64,000 bases of DNA, from IMG/VR virus record IMGVR_UViG_3300050501_000129, one strand, 5' to 3'. Below, in pieces: positions 61,908-64,000 of the stretch. The notes beneath the pieces are model-generated. The model was not told the origin of the DNA and searched no databases. It saw only the letters and a program-made list of their open reading frames with translations. How positions within the stretch are numbered: position 1 is the stretch's first letter; each line of letters opens with the position of its first letter. The DNA is from a virus. A program made the position numbers and the translations under genes.

Positions 61908-63173
61908 GTGAAGAGACGAATCGGCTACGCCAAGCTCGGCCGCTCGATGCCGCTGCAGCTCGGTGACTGTGGCTCTAACGGCGGTGACGTTGAGATGATT
62001 CCGACGCTCCAGCTGCTCGCCGAGCGTCACCCAGACGTCGAGTTCGTTATCATCGGTCGCAACTCCGGTGAGGAGCCGGCGCGCGTCGGCCTACCTGCCA
62101 ACATCACCAATCCGTGGACCGGTTGGTGGCCCAAGATCCGCGCTGAGATGAACGCAGCGAAGCTGAATCATCCGGCTCTAAGCGTCGACGAGCACCTACG
62201 ACTTGCCGAGATCTTTGACCGGTACACACGCGACGCCTTTGTGCTGCTTGACGGCGTTGTTATGTGGCTTGGCCAGCACGGCACAACACACACTCCGCTG
62301 CCGTCAATTAAAGATCGCAGCGTCTTGACCAAACCATATGACTCATTGTCACTCTACGGCGGCTACCTGCTACGTGGCGTCAACGCGTGGCGCGACGTCG
62401 ATCCGCATAATCGTGAGGAGGTGCTGCTCAACCCAGACCCGCGCAACGTGCCAAAGTACCGGGACGGCCGGTATCCGTGGCGGCACGCCGTCTTGAGCCA
62501 GCACGACCAGGTAAACGCGATTAAGCACGAGGAGGGTGACCGGGTCGTTTCGTCGACGGTTCTCAGCGTCTACTCGCGCCTGGAGATCTCGGGTCTGCTC
62601 CCTAGTACGCCGTTCACCAACCTCATTAAGTTCAATGACGACCACAACCGACCGCACGACTTCGGCATCGTGTTCAATGAGACACGGCGTGACGTCGCGC
62701 TCGAGAAGTCACGACGTTACATCCTAGAGAAGTGGGTGTTCCCGCTGTCTCCCGGCTTTATCTACGGACAATGGAGCGACGCAACTCGGCGGCAGCTCGG
62801 CATCCGGATTGAACCGATCGACGTGCTGAACTACTTCAGTACGATCCAGACCACGCGCTGCACGTTGACGACCCCGTCATCTGGCTCCGGCTGGGCGACT
62901 GCCAAACCGTGGGAGTGCTTCGCCGCCGGCGTGGTCTGCTTCTTTCACCCAGCGTACGACGACCAGAACCACATACTCAACGACGCACCCTACGCGCTTG
63001 CGTCGTGGCTGCGCGTCCGTCACCCGATTGACCTACGTGACCGGATCCGCTACATGCGAGACAACCCAGAGTATTGGCAGGAAATCGTTCGGCTTCAACG
63101 CAATCACTACCTAAAAGCTATCGACGAGCTCAGCTACATAACAAAGATCGAACAGAGACTGGGACTGGACTAA
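61908..63173 (+). CDS. GT-B-like glycosyltransferase (tentative)
   Basis: 421 aa. The C-terminal TTPSSGSGWATAKPWECFAAGVVCFFHP resembles the GT4 PSxxEgfG..lEAmAxGxPV region. Confidence 0.55.
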   Translation: MKRRIGYAKLGRSMPLQLGDCGSNGGDVEMIPTLQLLAERHPDVEFVIIGRNSGEEPARVGLPANITNPWTGWWPKIRAEMNAAKLNHPALSVDEHLRLAEIFDRYTRDAFVLLDGVVMWLGQHGTTHTPLPSIKDRSVLTKPYDSLSLYGGYLLRGVNAWRDVDPHNREEVLLNPDPRNVPKYRDGRYPWRHAVLSQHDQVNAIKHEEGDRVVSSTVLSVYSRLEISGLLPSTPFTNLIKFNDDHNRPHDFGIVFNETRRDVALEKSRRYILEKWVFPLSPGFIYGQWSDATRRQLGIRIEPIDVLNYFSTIQTTRCTLTTPSSGSGWATAKPWECFAAGVVCFFHPAYDDQNHILNDAPYALASWLRVRHPIDLRDRIRYMRDNPEYWQEIVRLQRNHYLKAIDELSYITKIEQRLGLD

Positions 63174-63859
63174 TGGACGCGATAATCCTCGCCGGCGGGC
63201 GCGGCACCCGCGTCATGGAGCTGGCTCCCGAGTTCCACAAGCCGCTGCTGCCAGTCAACGGCGTCCCGATGGTGACGCTGGCCGTCGACCTGGCGCTGCG
63301 CGCCGGCGTCACGTGTCCCGTCGTCGTGGCCGCGCCCGCCAACACCGAGGCGATCTGCGGCGCACTGGACGGCCGACCCGCGTTCGTCGTCATCCAGCGC
63401 CAGCCGCTCGGCGCCGGCCACGCGCTGCTGCTCGGGCTGCAGGCCAGTCCGCGCCCGCTCGTCGATTGCGATCGGGTGCTCGTGCTACTCAGTGACAACG
63501 TCTCGACGGACACCGACGTCACCGCGGTGATGCAACACCCAACCGCGATCGGGATCCAGTACATCGAGCGGGTCAACGCGTTTCGCTTCGCGCGGCTGAA
63601 CGACGACGGCCGCTGGTGCGAAAAGGAACGCCTCAAGCTTGACGGTCCGCCCGTAGCGTGTTGGGTTGGACCGTTCATCGGCTGGCGCAACCGAATGGTG
63701 CGGGTGCTTGCCGAGGCGGTCGCCGCGCGCAAGCCGAATGAAGAGGTTTACATCGGACCCCACCTCGGTAACTTCATGTACAGCGAGACGAAGTGTCCCC
63801 TCGTGCCGGTCGACTCGCTCGACCTGGGCGTGACGGACGAGTACCGGAGGTTAACATGA
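63173..63859 (+). CDS. sugar-phosphate nucleotidyltransferase
   Basis: 228 aa from ATG 63173 (TAATG overlap with the upstream stop). AIILAGGRGTRV...KPLLPV is the GxGTR(x)n K signature of NDP-sugar pyrophosphorylases. Confidence 0.8.
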   Translation: MDAIILAGGRGTRVMELAPEFHKPLLPVNGVPMVTLAVDLALRAGVTCPVVVAAPANTEAICGALDGRPAFVVIQRQPLGAGHALLLGLQASPRPLVDCDRVLVLLSDNVSTDTDVTAVMQHPTAIGIQYIERVNAFRFARLNDDGRWCEKERLKLDGPPVACWVGPFIGWRNRMVRVLAEAVAARKPNEEVYIGPHLGNFMYSETKCPLVPVDSLDLGVTDEYRRLT

Positions 63860-63999
63860 ATGAAAACGAGACTGAAGAGATGAACGACGGTAAAATGAAC
63901 TGGCCGGCCGCGGTCGTCAACGTCGTACTTATCCTGGCCGTCGTCGCGATCGTATTCATTATCTGCGGCAACGACATCTTGAAGGGCTGGCTGACGTGA
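63856..63999 (+). CDS. small single-TM protein (47 aa)
   Basis: ATGA overlap with the upstream stop. The product begins MNENETEEMNDGKMNWPAAVVNVVLILAVVAIVFIICG. Confidence 0.45.
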   Translation: MNENETEEMNDGKMNWPAAVVNVVLILAVVAIVFIICGNDILKGWLT

Positions 64000-64000
64000 C

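Overview
This window is a GC-rich dsDNA actinobacteriophage segment with siphovirus-type tail genes. A sporulating actinomycete host such as Streptomyces is inferred from the phage-borne WhiB-like and SsgA-like genes. Layout: (i) 1-2199 holds rightward small genes, including DUF932 and a WhiB-like regulator. (ii) 2276-48363 is one long leftward block. It contains five glycosyltransferase-type and two methyltransferase genes, then tail genes (minor tails, a 1253-aa tail protein with duplicated LamG-like lectin domains, tape measure, a G/GT chaperone pair). It continues with head-tail connectors, capsid genes, protease, a 2H phosphoesterase, a 1963-aa MuF polyvalent protein (ParB-like, Nudix, two ADP-ribosyltransferase domains) and portal. 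Beyond the portal lie an island with an SsgA-like gene and two tRNAs, many small ORFs, the large terminase, more small ORFs, an AT-rich region flanked by GTTACG repeats, and the primase/helicase. (iii) 48547-64000 runs rightward: tRNA-Met, an AT-rich HNH homing-endonuclease island, a nucleotide-metabolism set (kinase/UDG-like fusion, ThyA-family enzyme, dCMP deaminase), Pol I, RuvC, SNF2 helicase, Cas4-like exonuclease, Sak4-like ATPase, a DUF669-like protein, and a GT-B-like glycosyltransferase plus sugar nucleotidyltransferase. No integrase, lysis cassette, rRNA or CRISPR array was recognised. The best candidate for an undescribed system is a T4-like cytosine modification and possible DNA glycosylation gene set, because the ThyA homologue has Asp at the uracil/cytosine specificity position. 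Other leads are the late-operon glycosylation/methylation cassette and an NAD/ADP-ribose-themed virion cargo (MuF-ART-ART-Nudix plus 2H phosphoesterase). All protein-family calls come from motif recognition by eye; no searches were run.
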